A stretch of 64,000 nucleotides of DNA, from NCBI RefSeq assembly GCF_009914755.1, contig NC_060939.1, one strand, 5' to 3'. Every line of letters starts with the position of its first letter. Within the stretch, counting starts at the first letter, position 1. The stretch comes from the human T2T-CHM13v2.0 reference genome, Homo sapiens. The translations under genes and the position numbers were made by a program. The notes under the pieces are model-generated. The model was not told where the DNA came from. It saw only the letters and a program-made list of their open reading frames with translations, and searched no databases. This document shows, piece after piece, positions 1 through 26,585 of this stretch.

Positions 1-883
1 AAAGCATATTTTGTAAGTGGCATGATTTCTGGGCTCAAATTTAGAACAGAGCCACAGCTTTCAACAACCGAAAAATAACTTACTGTGACGCACCAAATTT
101 AGAAAGATGGAGATTATTATAAAAAGAAAACCTTAATTTACTATGTGACCTCTAAGTATCTGGGCTGAAAATTGTAAAGGTAGAAAGGTAAATCAAAAGA
201 TATAGAGACTGTAATCATGCACTTAATGAAGCACTAAATCAAAATATATTTGGCATACGTGAGTTTAATTTTATCACATTTTTTACTGGCACTATAGCTA
301 TTTGCAAGTACATATAAAACTACAGTGTTACATATAAACTACCAAAAAAGAACTTTTTAAGAAATGAGACTCATCTAGCAACTTTATTTAAAAGTTTATC
401 TTCAGGGAATAGTTAAGGATGGCCGTACAAAAGGATTTAGCCATGGCATGAGAATGTTCTCCCTGGCAAACCAATGGAAATTATTAAATGTGCAAAATGG
501 AACTGTTGGAATAAATTCTAATGCCTTCATATGATCGTATATTTAACCTTTTAAAATGATATTGAAGAGTTGCATACATTGACTTAAACACACATTTGTA
601 ACACATCACTGAATAGGAGAAATATGGGCCAGCAAAGAACATAGAGTTGGTCCAATTTCTACAAAAAAAAGAAGACTCTAATAGCATGACAGCAGGGAAG
701 GGGGACTATGTCAACGTATGTGTGTATATGTATGTATATGCATAGCAAGCATGAACTTGAAAAGATATATTTCAAATTGTTTACACAGATTACCTCAGAG
801 AGGTAAATAACTTTGGACTTTGGTGTTCTGTATTCCACATGCTCTGAATTTTCTTTTTTTATTTAAATAGAGATGGGATCTTA

Positions 884-1210
884 GCCAGGAGCAGTGGCTC
901 ACCCCTGTAATCCCAGCACTTTGGGAGGCTGAGGAGGGCGGATTGTTTGAGGCAGGAGTTCAAGACCAATCTGGCCAACACGGCAAAACTCTGTCTCAAC
1001 TAAAAATTCAAAAATTAGCCAGGGGCGCAGTGGCTCATGCCTGTAACCCCAGACACTCGAGAGACTGAGGCATGAGAATTGCTTGAACCAGGAGGCAGAG
1101 GTTGCCGTGAGCCGAGATCACACCACGGCACTCCAGCCTGGGCAACAGACCAAGACTCTGTCAAAAAACAAAACAAAACAAAACAAAACAACAACCACAA
1201 CAACAAAACA
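884..1210 (+). mobile_element. Alu (S/J-type)
   Basis: Dimeric Alu with a (CAAAA)n tail. Confidence 0.9.
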
Positions 1211-1230
1211 GTAATAAAGAGAAAACCTAA

Positions 1231-1476
1231 TGGACAGGAGCAATGTCTCGTGCCTGTAATCCCAGTGCTTTGGGAGGCCAAGATGGGAGAATTGCTTGAG
1301 GCCAGGAGTTCAAGACTAGCATTGGCAACATAGTAAGACCTTTTCTCTACAAAAAAATTTAAAAATTAGCCAGGCATAGTAGTGCATGCTTATACTCCCA
1401 GCTACCTGGGAGGCTGAGGTGGGAGGATCACTTGAGCCTAAGAGTTGGAGGTTGCAGTAAGCTGTGATCATACCAC
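1231..1476 (+). mobile_element. AluJ-like, 3'-truncated
   Basis: TTGAGGCCAGGAGTTCAAGAC and GGAGGATCACTTGAGCC. Confidence 0.85.
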
Positions 1477-1499
1477 CAGAGAGCCACGACCCCATCCCC

Positions 1500-2058
1500 G
1501 CCTCCTTCCTCTGTCCTACGCTAGCAATAAATAAGTTTCCCAGCCACAAATAATTATTAGAACCTCCTCCCCATGTGCCAGCTCCAACCTCTGCTAGGTA
1601 TGATACAGGGGCAGCCCTACCCTCTGGAATATACAAAATGTTACACAGACACAGTATGTACACCGGGGAAGGTGGGCCACCCCAGCAGCCCATGCCCTCG
1701 CTGGTCCACAGTTAGCCCCGCTTTCCGGCCTCAGCTACCTCTCTGAATAAGAAGATGGGAGCCCCCCTGAGGGAAACGTTGCCATGGTGAGAGTAAGGGG
1801 ACCATCAGGCCTCCTCCAAACAAACCAACTCCACCAGCCTCTGGCTCTTAAATAACAATCATCATCATCATCCAGAAATTTAGGGACTCAGCCCTGCTCA
1901 AGGTGGCAAATGGTCTGTTTGTCTTTCCCCATTAGACAGAGGTCTTGTGCTGCTACCCTAATTGTAAAGGGGTGCCTGGGAAGAGGTGGTAGGGACATGG
2001 TGGCGGTGGAGACTCCAGCCCCACTTCTCCAGGCTTTGCTGACAGGGGCCTGCTTTTA
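1500..2058 (-). pseudogene. Displaced remnant of the ancestral GOLGA2-type 3'UTR
   Basis: Minus strand TAAAAGCAGGCCCCTGTCAGCAAAGCCTGGAGAAGTGGGGCTGG resembles the recalled GOLGA2 stop codon and first UTR bases. Confidence 0.5.
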
Positions 2059-2310
2059 ATTTTTATTTTTATTCCATGACTTTTTAAAAAAATCCCATAA
2101 CTTATTTTTCATAACTTTTTTTGTAACTTTTCATAAAACTTTTTTCTACTTTTTTCCCAGAAGTTTTTTTGCCACAACTTTTTTACATTTTTATCCCATA
2201 ACTTTTTCACCCCATAACTTTTTTAAATAAAGTTATTTAATAAAATAACTTTTTATAAAACTTTAATAAAAGTTTTTTAATAAACCCATAACTTTTTTAT
2301 TTTGGTTTTT
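2054..2310 (-). repeat. Degenerate A-rich minisatellite (plus strand: CCCATAACTTTTT / TAACTTTTT units)
   Basis: CCCATAACTT at ~2094, 2195, 2211 and 2285, embedded in T-runs. Confidence 0.8.
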
Positions 2311-5300
2311 AATAAACACTTGCATAGTTATATTACAACTTTGTAAAAATGAAACACATTATCTCATGCCAAGCATGCCCAGCATTTGCACAGTATCAAT
2401 ACCTTTAATACTATAGTTTTCAAGAAACGCAAAATAAAATTTTAAGGCAAAAACAACACATTCAAACAACTTAATAATTTATTACATTACAGTGGCATCA
2501 CACCAGCAGTCAATAAGGCCACTCTAGGGAAAAATCTTTCAGTATTTCCATTACACATTCTGTTTACAATAATTCATAAACTGGTAAAATTCATTCTAAG
2601 AAAACTTGGCAAATAAAACTTTGGACTGGAATTGGCATTTCTTTCTCTGCTTTTCGTTCCCACTGTTTCTTTCTTTTATACTACAGTATTCATATTTTAA
2701 AATGTTTTAAATTATTTCAGAACATTAAGATAGCAGTTACATATTTTAATAGTTATATTATTTTAAAACGACTCTTTAAAATTAAGTTTTAGAGAAACTA
2801 TATTATGGATAGGGCTGATTTACATTTTCAAATTTTCTAAAATCAGCTTTGGTTTTAGAGCTGATTTTTTTTTTCATTTCTGGAAAATTATCAGGTTTAA
2901 TCAAATACTTTTAAAATGATTATTATATATTGCCATCTTTAAATAGGTATTTTGATTCTTCCTACAGAAATTAAAATGTATTCAGTGGAACTCACAGTTT
3001 AAAATTCTGTGTTTCTGATGAACTCTAACATTCCAATGTTGCCTTCTAAGCAAACTGAAAGCTGCCTTATACCGAATGAGGAAGAGCACAAATACTCGGC
3101 TGAATGAGGTATCGCAAAAGACTGCATGCACTTTGGAGAAAGACTTAAGTTATTGTCATACAATTTCCATTCTTTTTAGCTTTTTCTTAAATATATGACA
3201 AATACCTACACAAAGAGTGGTATTTCAGTCAATATAGTAAATTTATTTTCCAGACTGACCTTCAGCTTAAATATGCCAGTGTGTGATTTAATCCATAGGC
3301 ACCTCATGAACACATTATTGTCAGATTGGTTACAGATGCTAAACGCTATCCGAAGGTCATTCCTAGTCACTGATATTTATCAGGGTAAAAGTGAAGTGAT
3401 TTCAACGATAAAAGTACCTTTGAAATAATTTATCAATGTATTAGATAAACCCAGTTTCAGAATGATAAAAGAAAAAACGTTAGACCAAATAATGTGGCTG
3501 ATTAACAGTGGTCCGATTTCTAGCCCGAGGGTTTAAAATGCTCTTAAAGTAACCGTCTTTAAACTGAACTCAAAGAATGCAAAAGCGGCAAGTTCAGAAA
3601 ATAAAAGGCGAGAACAGGACTTTAAGTGCATTTTAAACCCACGGGCTACAAATCGTACCACTGTTAATTAGCCGCATTATTTGGTCTAACATTTTTTCTT
3701 TATCATTCTGAAACTGGGTTTATCTAATACATTGATACATTCATAAAATTTGGAAGAGTCAGTTGAAGTCACAAGGACCGAATATTTGCACTCTTTCAGT
3801 GAATGCCAGCAAATCTGTTATTCCATCGGTAAAATCGTATTGTTGCTCTCCTGTTAATGTCATATTTATAGAAGTATCATGAGGATGCCAAATGCTAAAA
3901 ATGGAGATGATCTAGTAACTAGAAATCCCCACCGCAGGGAGCACACACACCTATCTCCCTGCATCCTAACAATGTGATGTGTTTTGGAACACAGACATTA
4001 GAACTTCATGAAGTTTTAACTGTTGAGTCTTTCCCAAGCATCATCAAGTTACGATTTAGGCAATATATAACTGAAATGCATTCATTCATCATGCATAGGC
4101 ACAATCACATAAATATTGCACAAAATATGTCCCGAACAGAAACCCAGAGGTACAAAAACATATTTCACTTTGTAAAGAAGTCTGTGAGAAAATATAACTC
4201 TGTGATTGTATAGACACGTTTCCTGATAATACATTGACATTCACGAACAGTAGATTGCACTGCAGTTTGTACACATTTTAAGTTTCATAAACTTCTCCTT
4301 GATTTTCAAAGATAGTATAATACCGTCTACTAAAACTCCTTTTTGTTTCAACTAAGTATCTCACATATATTAGTTTATAATAATGTTTCTATTATTTTTT
4401 AAAGTGTTTTCCATTCAAGGAAAAGGAAGTAAATTCCTATGTCAGAGTAACCAAGGTGGTTGAAGAATAGGTATTAGCCAAAGAGGTCTAGATGGTAAAA
4501 TCAATCTTCAAGCCTCAAAGAATATCCGTGAACAGAGAGGAATTCCAGGTGTCACACAGCTTTCCTTCACTCTAATTCATTCTTGACTAGAGCCTGTATG
4601 CCTGTTCCAGGGACGTTTGAACTCATAAAGGATTTGTTATGATCTTCACTAAATACATTAAGAAGAATGCCAACCAGTGCCCTTTTGTGTACTGGGACAT
4701 GTAGTCATGTGATTAAAACAGGTAACATGAACTCTGACTTTAAAATGTATTGTAGATACAAATGCTCTAAGCTAGGAAAGGTTTTCCACATCCACAGTCA
4801 ACGATGGGAACCTTTCATTCCTCAGAAATAAGCCCTTTTTAGGTCATCCAAAAAGAGTGCAACTGCTGCAGCTCATGATGCAATATCTTCATGAGCCCAG
4901 AGCACATAGAAATCCTAAGGGAACCATCATAATACACTGCTAATTCCTGGCACCGGAACAGATGAAACACACTCTATCCTGCACATACCTGCCAGAGGAG
5001 GCCACTTTCCTCTTCTGTGAGATTTAAAAAGCTCCCCCAAAAGGTTATCACTCCCATCACCAATACACAGAAAATGGAGGAAAGGCTGTTTCCAGTTCTT
5101 GGCCTTTAAACAACTCTAAATGTCAGTACTCATAGTGGCATATTACAAAGTAATAAACAGTGCACACTTGGGGGCAAACTACATATTGAGCTAACGAAGA
5201 GCTCACTGTGATTAAGATTAGATCAAACAACAGCAGAACATAGGCAAATTTTGTCTGAATTCTGTAGTGAATATACATGCTGCAATAACATTAAAAAAGC

Positions 5301-5651
5301 ATGGCAGCCTATTCCAAACCAGCGAGAACAGTTTTGGGCAAAGAGTGGGTCTTTGTGTGTTTGAACTCCCACCACGTAAGGGCAAACTCGATATGCATGC
5401 TAATGACCTACAATTATGAAATTAAAAAAGAAAAATGCTAAAAGGATGCCAGAGTGAACATCAGTGAGAGCCACAGACACCCACTCTCTTTTAACTTTTT
5501 ATAAATAAACTTAAACTATAAATTAGAAACACAAATAATCATGAGTGACTCTAACATTCAAAGGAAGTAAATGAATTGTGTAGGAGATTAACCCCATAAC
5601 TTGGTTTCTTATTTAAAAATTTCTTGAGCAGCTGTTTGATGATGGTGATGT
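2290..5651 (-). other. GOLGA8 3'UTR (AT-rich, no obvious interspersed repeats; probably the ITSN2-3'UTR-like chr15 core duplicon element)
   Basis: Continuous unique AT-rich sequence after the stop, ending at ATTAAA/AATAAA and an A-rich tract. The ITSN2 relationship is recalled, not aligned. Confidence 0.6.
2297..2313 (-). terminator. Candidate polyadenylation signals ATTAAA (2308-2313) and AATAAA (2297-2302)
   Basis: Minus strand reads GTTTATTAAAAACCAAAATAAAAAAG at the UTR end. Confidence 0.55.
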
Positions 5652-15868
<10,217 letters not shown>

Positions 15869-16004
15869 CGCAGGGTGGGGAGGGAGGCAGGGTTGGGGCC
15901 ACAGCAGCAAAATCGCAATGAGAACCGATCAAGGCCTCCAGTCACCTTCCAGGCAGCTGTGTGACTGAGCCAGAGGAGGCGTAACCAGGGCCCCAGTAGA
16001 ATGC

Positions 16005-16080
16005 GGAATAGGGGCGTGGCCTTAATGCTCCAAGCCCATTGGTCAATGAGAAAGATGAAAGGGAAAGGGGGCGTGGCCAG
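16005..16080 (-). promoter_or_regulatory. GOLGA8 proximal promoter: two GC boxes (GGGGCGTGGC at 16011-16020 and 16068-16077) flanking a CCAAT box (16038-16042)
   Basis: SP/KLF and NF-Y motifs 140-210 bp upstream of the ATG; no TATA seen. Confidence 0.65.
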
Positions 16081-16604
16081 ACAGCAGCGTGTCCAGAGGG
16101 CCCTGTGGCTCACAAGGAAAGCTGCCCATGCGACCGCTCTCCGCACCCACTCTAAGAGAGGGGAGAGGCCTCCCACTCTGGAAGAGAAGAGGGGCCAGCT
16201 TTTGCTTTAACAGCTTTAAAACTTTAAAAAATATATGTGTGTATACTTTATATATATATGTGTGTCCGTGTGTGTGTATCTGTGTTTTTCTCTATAGCTG
16301 TCTTCATTATCCAGCTTCTATGCAAGGTCTATGATTTTGGCCTACATTTTTCATCTTTGATTACAGTATAAAAATTACCAGTATTATCTTAACTGAGATA
16401 CAGATCCTATAAAAATGGAAAATGCATAGCATGCTTGATGATTAATGAAGCAGACTATATTATCCAACATTCTAATAAGATAAAATAATCACAATGATTT
16501 CTCTTTTTTGGAAAAATGTTTCTCTTATTCTCCTACGTTTTCGTTAAGATTTTTTTTCTTAAACAAGAAACATGTCTAATATCTGTAAAAACACAAAGCT
16601 TTTG

Positions 16605-16927
<323 letters not shown>

Positions 16928-17314
16928 TAATAGTAAGAGCAATGTGAACAAAAGATGCAATAAAATAATTTAGAAAATACAAACTATTAAAAAATAGATT
17001 TTAAAACTTGTGCAACAAAGTCAAACAGCACCCAACGAAAATGTATACCCTTACATGTTTGTTTAAAAAGCAATTTAAATTACATTGATCCACTAAACTA
17101 GGAAAAGCAAAACAAACAAAAAGGGGGAAATAATTAAGACATAAGGAAAAAGGAAAAAGAAAAACCACTAGATTTAAAAAATAAAACTGAAGGAGGATTC
17201 TTTCAAAAGACTGAGGAAAATAAAACAGTCAAACCTCTGATAAGTAATCAAGATAAAGAAAACTTTGAAGAGAAAAGGGCATATAGCCACATGTGAATAT
17301 GATGCAAAAAGTGA

Positions 17315-17671
<357 letters not shown>

Positions 17672-17801
17672 AAAGTGCTCATTTTTTTTTTAAGAACCTA
17701 CAGTTACGAAAACTAACTGAAGAAGTGGGAAATCTGGAGACCAATATGCAGAAGAAGGAAAAAGACAAAGACTCATCCTCCAAATTGGATATTTATTTAA
17801 A

Positions 17802-18019
17802 CCAGAATTTGTCAGCCTCAGCAATATTGATATATTGGGCCAGATAATTCTTTGTGGAGGGTTCTCCTGGTGTGTTGTCGGACATTTAGTAACATTCCCT
17901 CTACCCACAGAATGCCAATAAGACCTCCCGACCATGACCAGTTGTGACCACAAAAATGTCTCCAGATATTTCCAAACGTCCCATAGGAGGCAAAATACTC
18001 CTGCAGTTGAAAATTACTG
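17802..18019 (-). mobile_element. MER20 (hAT-Charlie DNA transposon)
   Basis: TTGGGCCAGATAATTCTTTGT...CCAGTTGTGAC..AAAAATGTCTCCAGA.. Confidence 0.8.
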
Positions 18020-18933
18020 TGTAAACCAGATCTACATCCTAGATCTTAGAAAAAAGATGTAAAGCTTCCCAACTCAGCCCTGCATACCCTTGATACTGAA
18101 ATGAAATAACAGCCTTAAAGGAAACAAACAAAACTATAATCTTATTTAATACAGAAGAATGCAAAAATAAAACATTACCATAGCCATTCTAACAGTGTTT
18201 ATTATAGGAATGCAAAGACAATTCAAAATTATGAAAATTTCATCAGGCAATTCACAAATTATATTTCTACATATAATTGAAGGCACAATCATGAAAAACA
18301 AAGTAGCTCTATATGCATTAAGTCCATGATCTATTCAGTGAAAAACACAAGTTGCACATGTCTTACAGAAGGAAAACTTAACACTGAACATAGATTCTCA
18401 CCATCTGCTCTTTGTCCTGAGGCTCCAATAGAAATACAGTGAAGAATAAACATTGTATAAGCACACAATTACAAAAAAGGAATGGGGTTACCAACAGAAG
18501 AGAATTCATCTTCATTACACAATGACAGTACATGGAAAATGGTTAATTCATGGAGCAAAGCAACAAAGGTGGAGGTCAGGGGGATACTGAGGACAAGGAG
18601 GCTAATCTGTCCCACAGCAACCTGGAAAGGTTCTAGACTCAGACACGAGGTACCCCCGACAGTGGGACTGATAGGCAAGACTGAAAACAGAGATTAAGCA
18701 AAAGCCCGGATAGAGAACACATTTCACAGGCCCTGAAACACACTGCTGGCCCCATCTCCTTAAACAGAACCCAAGCAAACGTATCCACCTCAGGCAAGAG
18801 AATGTAGATTTTACATCCAGAGGAATGGAGCAGTCATCCAGCCATCATTTATGATTGCACCAGGAGATAAGATAGAGGGATGGAGGATAACAATTAGGAA
18901 TCAGCATACATTCCCCTTAAAGCTATCAGTTGA

Positions 18934-19650
<717 letters not shown>

Positions 19651-19884
19651 GACAACAAATGATAAGCAACATAGAATAGATATTTAAGGAAAGGCTTTAA
19701 AAAGAAAAATAAGACCAAAATAAACCAAGGAAAAAAATTATTAAAGAACAAGGAGATGCCAGGGAGAAGACAAAGAGTATCAAAATCACTTCATAAAGAC
19801 ACTTGTGAATATATTACATGCATAAAACAAAACAATATGAATAAGAAATAATCAGAGAAGAAAAAGTTCTTAGAACTCATGCTT

Positions 19885-20417
19885 CATCTTGGGAGTTGGT
19901 CTCCAATGAGCCATACCTCCTGTCATCATGTCCTTAGACAGGCCCATCCCATAGTCAATCTGGGTTGGCCCCAACACTCACTTTAACCTATAGCATGTGG
20001 TAGAAATGACACTGGACCTGTTCCAGGTCTAAGCCTTAAGAACTCCTGGCAGCTCCATTTCTGTGCTTCTGGAAGCCAAAAATAAGAATTGACTACCTTC
20101 TTGGAGAAAGAAAAGCCACATGAAGAGATCCGAGAGGATGAGATGCTATGCAGAGAGAAAGGCCACATCAAGAATTACCAAGGCAGCAGACCTGTGGGTG
20201 AAGAAGCCGTCTCGGACATTGCACTGCAGCTGAGCATCCAGATGACCAGTCCCTGACACTGTTTAACCACACAGTGAAAGCTGCAAAATGAGACCAGCAG
20301 AAAAACTGTCCAGCTAGCCCCAGGTAATCCATACAGTAGTGACAGATAGACAGATGTGTAGTTTTATGCCATTAAGTTTTGGGATAATTGGTTAAACAAC
20401 AATAAATAACCAAAACA
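19885..20417 (+). mobile_element. MLT1-family (ERVL-MaLR) LTR
   Basis: Typical 3' end TTTTATGCCATTAAGTTTTGGGATAATTGGTTA..CAATAAATAAC. Confidence 0.65.
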
Positions 20418-20559
20418 AAACTTAAAGTTATGACAGTCCAAATAAAATTTCCTGAAAGTCGAAAGATAAGGAAATATTCCAGAACTTAAAATTTTAAAAA
20501 AATTTAGAAATAACAGGAGATACAAGACTCAAGACAAGAGGTCTAAAATCCAATTAACA

Positions 20560-20935
20560 GACACTTCAAAATGAACAAATAAAATGGAAAAGAGAAAGTT
20601 AACAACAAAAATATGACAAGATTCAAGACTCCAACTTTGAAAGAGCCTATCCATAGGCCTGTTCATTTGGTGTACCCAGCATAATGAATGAAAAAAGACC
20701 CACACTAAGTACACTGTTGTGCTATTTCAGCTCACCAAGGAAAAGACGAACTCCTAAAGCTTCCAGGGAGAAAGTCATGCATAAACAAGTGAAACTCAGG
20801 ATGGCATGAGGCTTCACCACCATGACTGGTTAGAAGACAACAGTACAGACTTTGAAATTCTAAGGTAAAATTATCCTCAACCTAGAAATACATAATCAAG
20901 CAAACTATCAATCAAGTGTGAGGGTAGAATATGAG
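20560..20935 (+). mobile_element. Ancient L1 ORF1-like fragment
   Basis: CAACCTAGAAAT..CAAACTATCAATCAAGTGTGAGGGTAGAATA motif. Confidence 0.55.
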
Positions 20936-21020
20936 AGACGTGAATACTGATAGGGATGTGGTATGCAGCAGGCACTGTTCTAAATGGTTTACATGTCCCA
21001 ACCCAATTAAGAAACTTAAA

Positions 21021-21022
<2 letters not shown>

Positions 21023-21061
<39 letters not shown>
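21023..21061. repeat. (CA)n microsatellite
   Basis: Read directly. Confidence 0.95.
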
Positions 21062-21066
<5 letters not shown>

Positions 21067-22362
21067 TCCTGCTAATCATTTTACGATGAAACAACCAAGT
21101 AGCTAACCCAGAGCCCACAAAGGCAGGGTAAAAATTCTAACACTTGGTAAAATAAAAATGCACATATACCCTGTGATCTAAAAAAAAATGCTTAAATATT
21201 CAAAGACAGACAGCAATTACAGCTACTGAGAACATCACTGTAAGCAAACTGAGGCAGAGAAAACAAAGGTGCTAATGAGGATTTGAACCACCTAACATGC
21301 AGAAACCCACTGGATGCTTTCCTAGGTTCCGAGCTGGCATTGTCTTTCAGAATGATCTAGAAGAGGTCACATGACACTGTTACAAAGGATCTGGAAAAAG
21401 GGACCCTTGCTTTATCACTCTGGCTCTCCAGTCATGCTTCACATTTTCACTTCTTACACTCTTTCACATGAAGTCAATTTACAGACCTCCATAAAGCCCT
21501 TAGAGACCTTTTTGTAATATTCATGACAAGTTCTGGATGTCATCTCTGCACTTATATATACTTTCAGCAGCATCAACACCTAAAAGTGGTTGACTTTACT
21601 ACTGTCCTAAATTAAATTACATTCATTTTGTCAATAGGTGTTCCAAATTCGTACTGATCTTTGTCTCCAAGGGGTTCCTGCTGAATATTGAGACAGTTGA
21701 AGATTACTAGGGGAAAAAATTCTTAATAATCGAAGTAAGGATCATCTAAAGATAATATGCCACATATACACACACAGTCACATTTTCAGCTTTAAAAATG
21801 TTCAGTTATCAAAGTTGTACAGCAAACACTATCCTAAGCTTAGCATCTTCAGGCATTTGATTTATAATCACTGTAAACTGGCCCTGTTTCAACCCCTTAG
21901 ATGTAGCCCTCAGTTCAGGGAAGGGAAGAGTTCTCTACTGGGCTGATAAAGCAGAATTCAGAAACATTGTTTTCTTCTTTACCTGGTGTTTTACAAAACC
22001 AGAAGATGTGAGTGTGACTCGTAAAGGCAAGAGCATGTATATTATGCAAAAGCAGCCTGAAATATTTTATTCACAGATAGACAGACAATACTTGACTCCC
22101 TGCTAATCTGAAATACTTCGTGGGGAGGGCCAGGGAAATCAAAACAAAATTTCAGAAGTAGAATGAGCTATTTGGTGTATGTCTCCAAGGCCAATAAATA
22201 ACAAGAAGGAAAAATAAATTTCTTTGCTAACAACAAGAAGGAGAAATAAACTTTTTTGCTCTAAAACATTTTCCAATTATCTCCACGACACTGGAGGGAA
22301 GGACTAACAAAAAAAAAAAAAAAGAAAGAAAGAAAGAAAAAAGAAAGAAAAGGAAAAAAAAA

Positions 22363-22815
<453 letters not shown>

Positions 22816-23463
22816 CTAAAAAACTCCAAACCACCTCTGTTAACTGTGCAGTGCTCCATGGTTTCACACAGTCCAGAGCTGCTTGTGTTTATCAAAAATG
22901 AAGCTGAAAACAAAATTCTTCCTTCACACAACCACTACATTCCATTGCACGTTTACCAAAGACATTTACCACGTTGGCATTATTTGTGCATCCATCAAGA
23001 AGTGCTGAAAAGCATTCCCCTCACACGCTGCATGTGTCCTGTGAGTGGATCTTCCATTTTACTTGCCAGCTCTGGAAAACTTTGAATTTGTGTGTCGATG
23101 GAAAATTAAAGTTTAGTGGCATCTTTGCCCCACATTCACCCAACTTTTCTACGGAACTATTTCAATGCTATTTTTCACTAGTGTCACTTTTCAGTCTTAG
23201 CCTCCTGGAGTACAACTTTATTAGAAGCCCGCAAAGCACTAGTGTTAAAATGAGAAATAGTAAACATCTGATTCTGTTGTGTTTTAACTCCATGCTTTTC
23301 TCTAATGTTTCATTGTTTTGAATTTAATTCTTTGTGCTTCCCACGTGAATGCAACTTACAGTTTGAATGTCTTCTTTCTTCACTAGCCGATGCACCTGTG
23401 CCAGTAACACACGGTGATTCTGTCCTTTCACCTTCAGTTATGCCTGTAAAACCAAATTCAAGA

Positions 23464-24094
<631 letters not shown>

Positions 24095-25402
24095 TCCATT
24101 AGAAATAGTACTTCTGAGTAAAACGAGGACAAACTCCTTTGGTCTTCATGTCCTCAGAATCACTTTCATAATCATCTCTTGGTTTACAAGGTGCATCTTT
24201 TATTGGTTAAAAAAATTAATACAATTTATTTCACTCTCAAATTAGGTTTAATAATAAATAATACAACTTTCTTTTGTTTTCACTAATAATGCTAACATTG
24301 GCTTGATTTAAAATTAAAATTATTGCAAATATAAGACTTTATAGAATAGATGTTCCTATTTTTCAGATGTGTGAGATTATACTATAGTTGATAAACTAAC
24401 CTTAAAGAACGCAGCTTGCAATGTGGTCCTTGTGCATGTGACTCGTTTGCAGCTCACAGCCTCTGCATCTTTCCATTGAGTCTGACAAAACCTCAGTTGG
24501 TCTGTAACTGCTCATTGAGACAAGTCCCCTGATGTCACATACAGATGCTGGGAGAATGTCAAGTTTCTATAGAAATTTCTAAACATTTACCCTGAATTTC
24601 TATGTTTCTATCATTACGTAGAGATGACAGAGTGTTGACAGACTTTGAGTGGTCTTTAGTAACCAATTGTTGAAAGTCTGGTTTAGCTAAACTAGTTTGT
24701 AAATACCTCGGCAGGTGCCTTTGCTGTAGGAATTCTCAGAGTCTCTATAAACTAATGAGCATTGGAAATCTGCAGGGGGGAAACAGAGTATGCAGTATCC
24801 CCCATGATGATTCAACCCCAGATTTTATTTTTCACTGAGGATCTCACACTTAGTAGTGTATCTTTTCTATGCATTGGGCACTGGGAGACGACGTGTAGTC
24901 ATCTCAACAGAGACCTGGCCTTCAGATGCCACCACTCACTGCCGCTCTGTCCAGGCGAGCATCAACTTGCACTGTTTCAGAAGCAAAAGGAAAATGAACC
25001 GCAGCCACTGAAGTCCCTCAGAACTGAGGAAAAGTTACTGACTTTCCTGATTTGTGTTCAATCTGGCTGGCCATGGGTACAGACACAGCTGGTTTCCCCA
25101 TTTGTGAGTTGGACGGATTTAATTCCTGGCTGTTTGAATGATGTATCCCCTCATCAGTGAAACCAACAGAGTAGCTCAACTTAATTTTCTCTTTCTATGG
25201 CATGCCATTTATACCCATTCAATTATGCCTGTGTCAATTAAGTCAAACATTCTTACTGTCTCTATTTCTAATAAAAAGTGGTAAACACTCAAAAACCCCT
25301 TTCATAAATAGGCATGTATAAAAGCAATGATCTTAATAAAAATGTTGGACTTAATAAAAGTATTTTAAAAAACAGTAGGAACCGTAATATAATAAAGGCC
25401 TT

Positions 25403-25794
<392 letters not shown>

Positions 25795-26329
25795 TCATGC
25801 AAAACCACGTTCCTGATTGTTGGCGGAACCAAGCCCACAACCTGGAACTCAAGTTTCTCTACTTATAGTAGACGCTCAAAGAATTATAATACTTTATAAC
25901 AACGTCATAATCATTTGACGTTTCTAAGCTGGTCATGTTTTCTTTCATGTGTACTTCTCCCCTCTCAACAATTACCGTGCCCTTGGCAATTTAATAAAGC
26001 AGGCTAATATTCAACTCAGTGACCTACAGCTTGACAAGCATCTCCTGCTCCCAGAAAACAGAAGGTGTTGCTGTCAAACTAATACTAAATAATAATTTTC
26101 TTTAGTCCTAGAACCTCTGGACTTCCCAATTACATGACCAATAAACCCCCTCATTGTCTGAGCCAGTCTGAGCTGGGCAGCCTGACTAAAGTCTGGAACA
26201 TCCTAACTGGCACAAAGGCCCTTAAGATGACCCCAAGCCACCTGTCTGGCTTTCTCTCGTCACTTCCTTCTACATCCTCTCTGCAACAACCAAATTAGAT
26301 TACTCACCATTCCCCACACTGCCTTGTGA

Positions 26330-26585
<256 letters not shown>

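Noticed and set aside
2054-2310. Repeat-spacer-like pattern (CRISPR-like)
   Set aside because: Eukaryotic DNA; the units are low-complexity decayed poly(A) with no unique spacers or cas genes.
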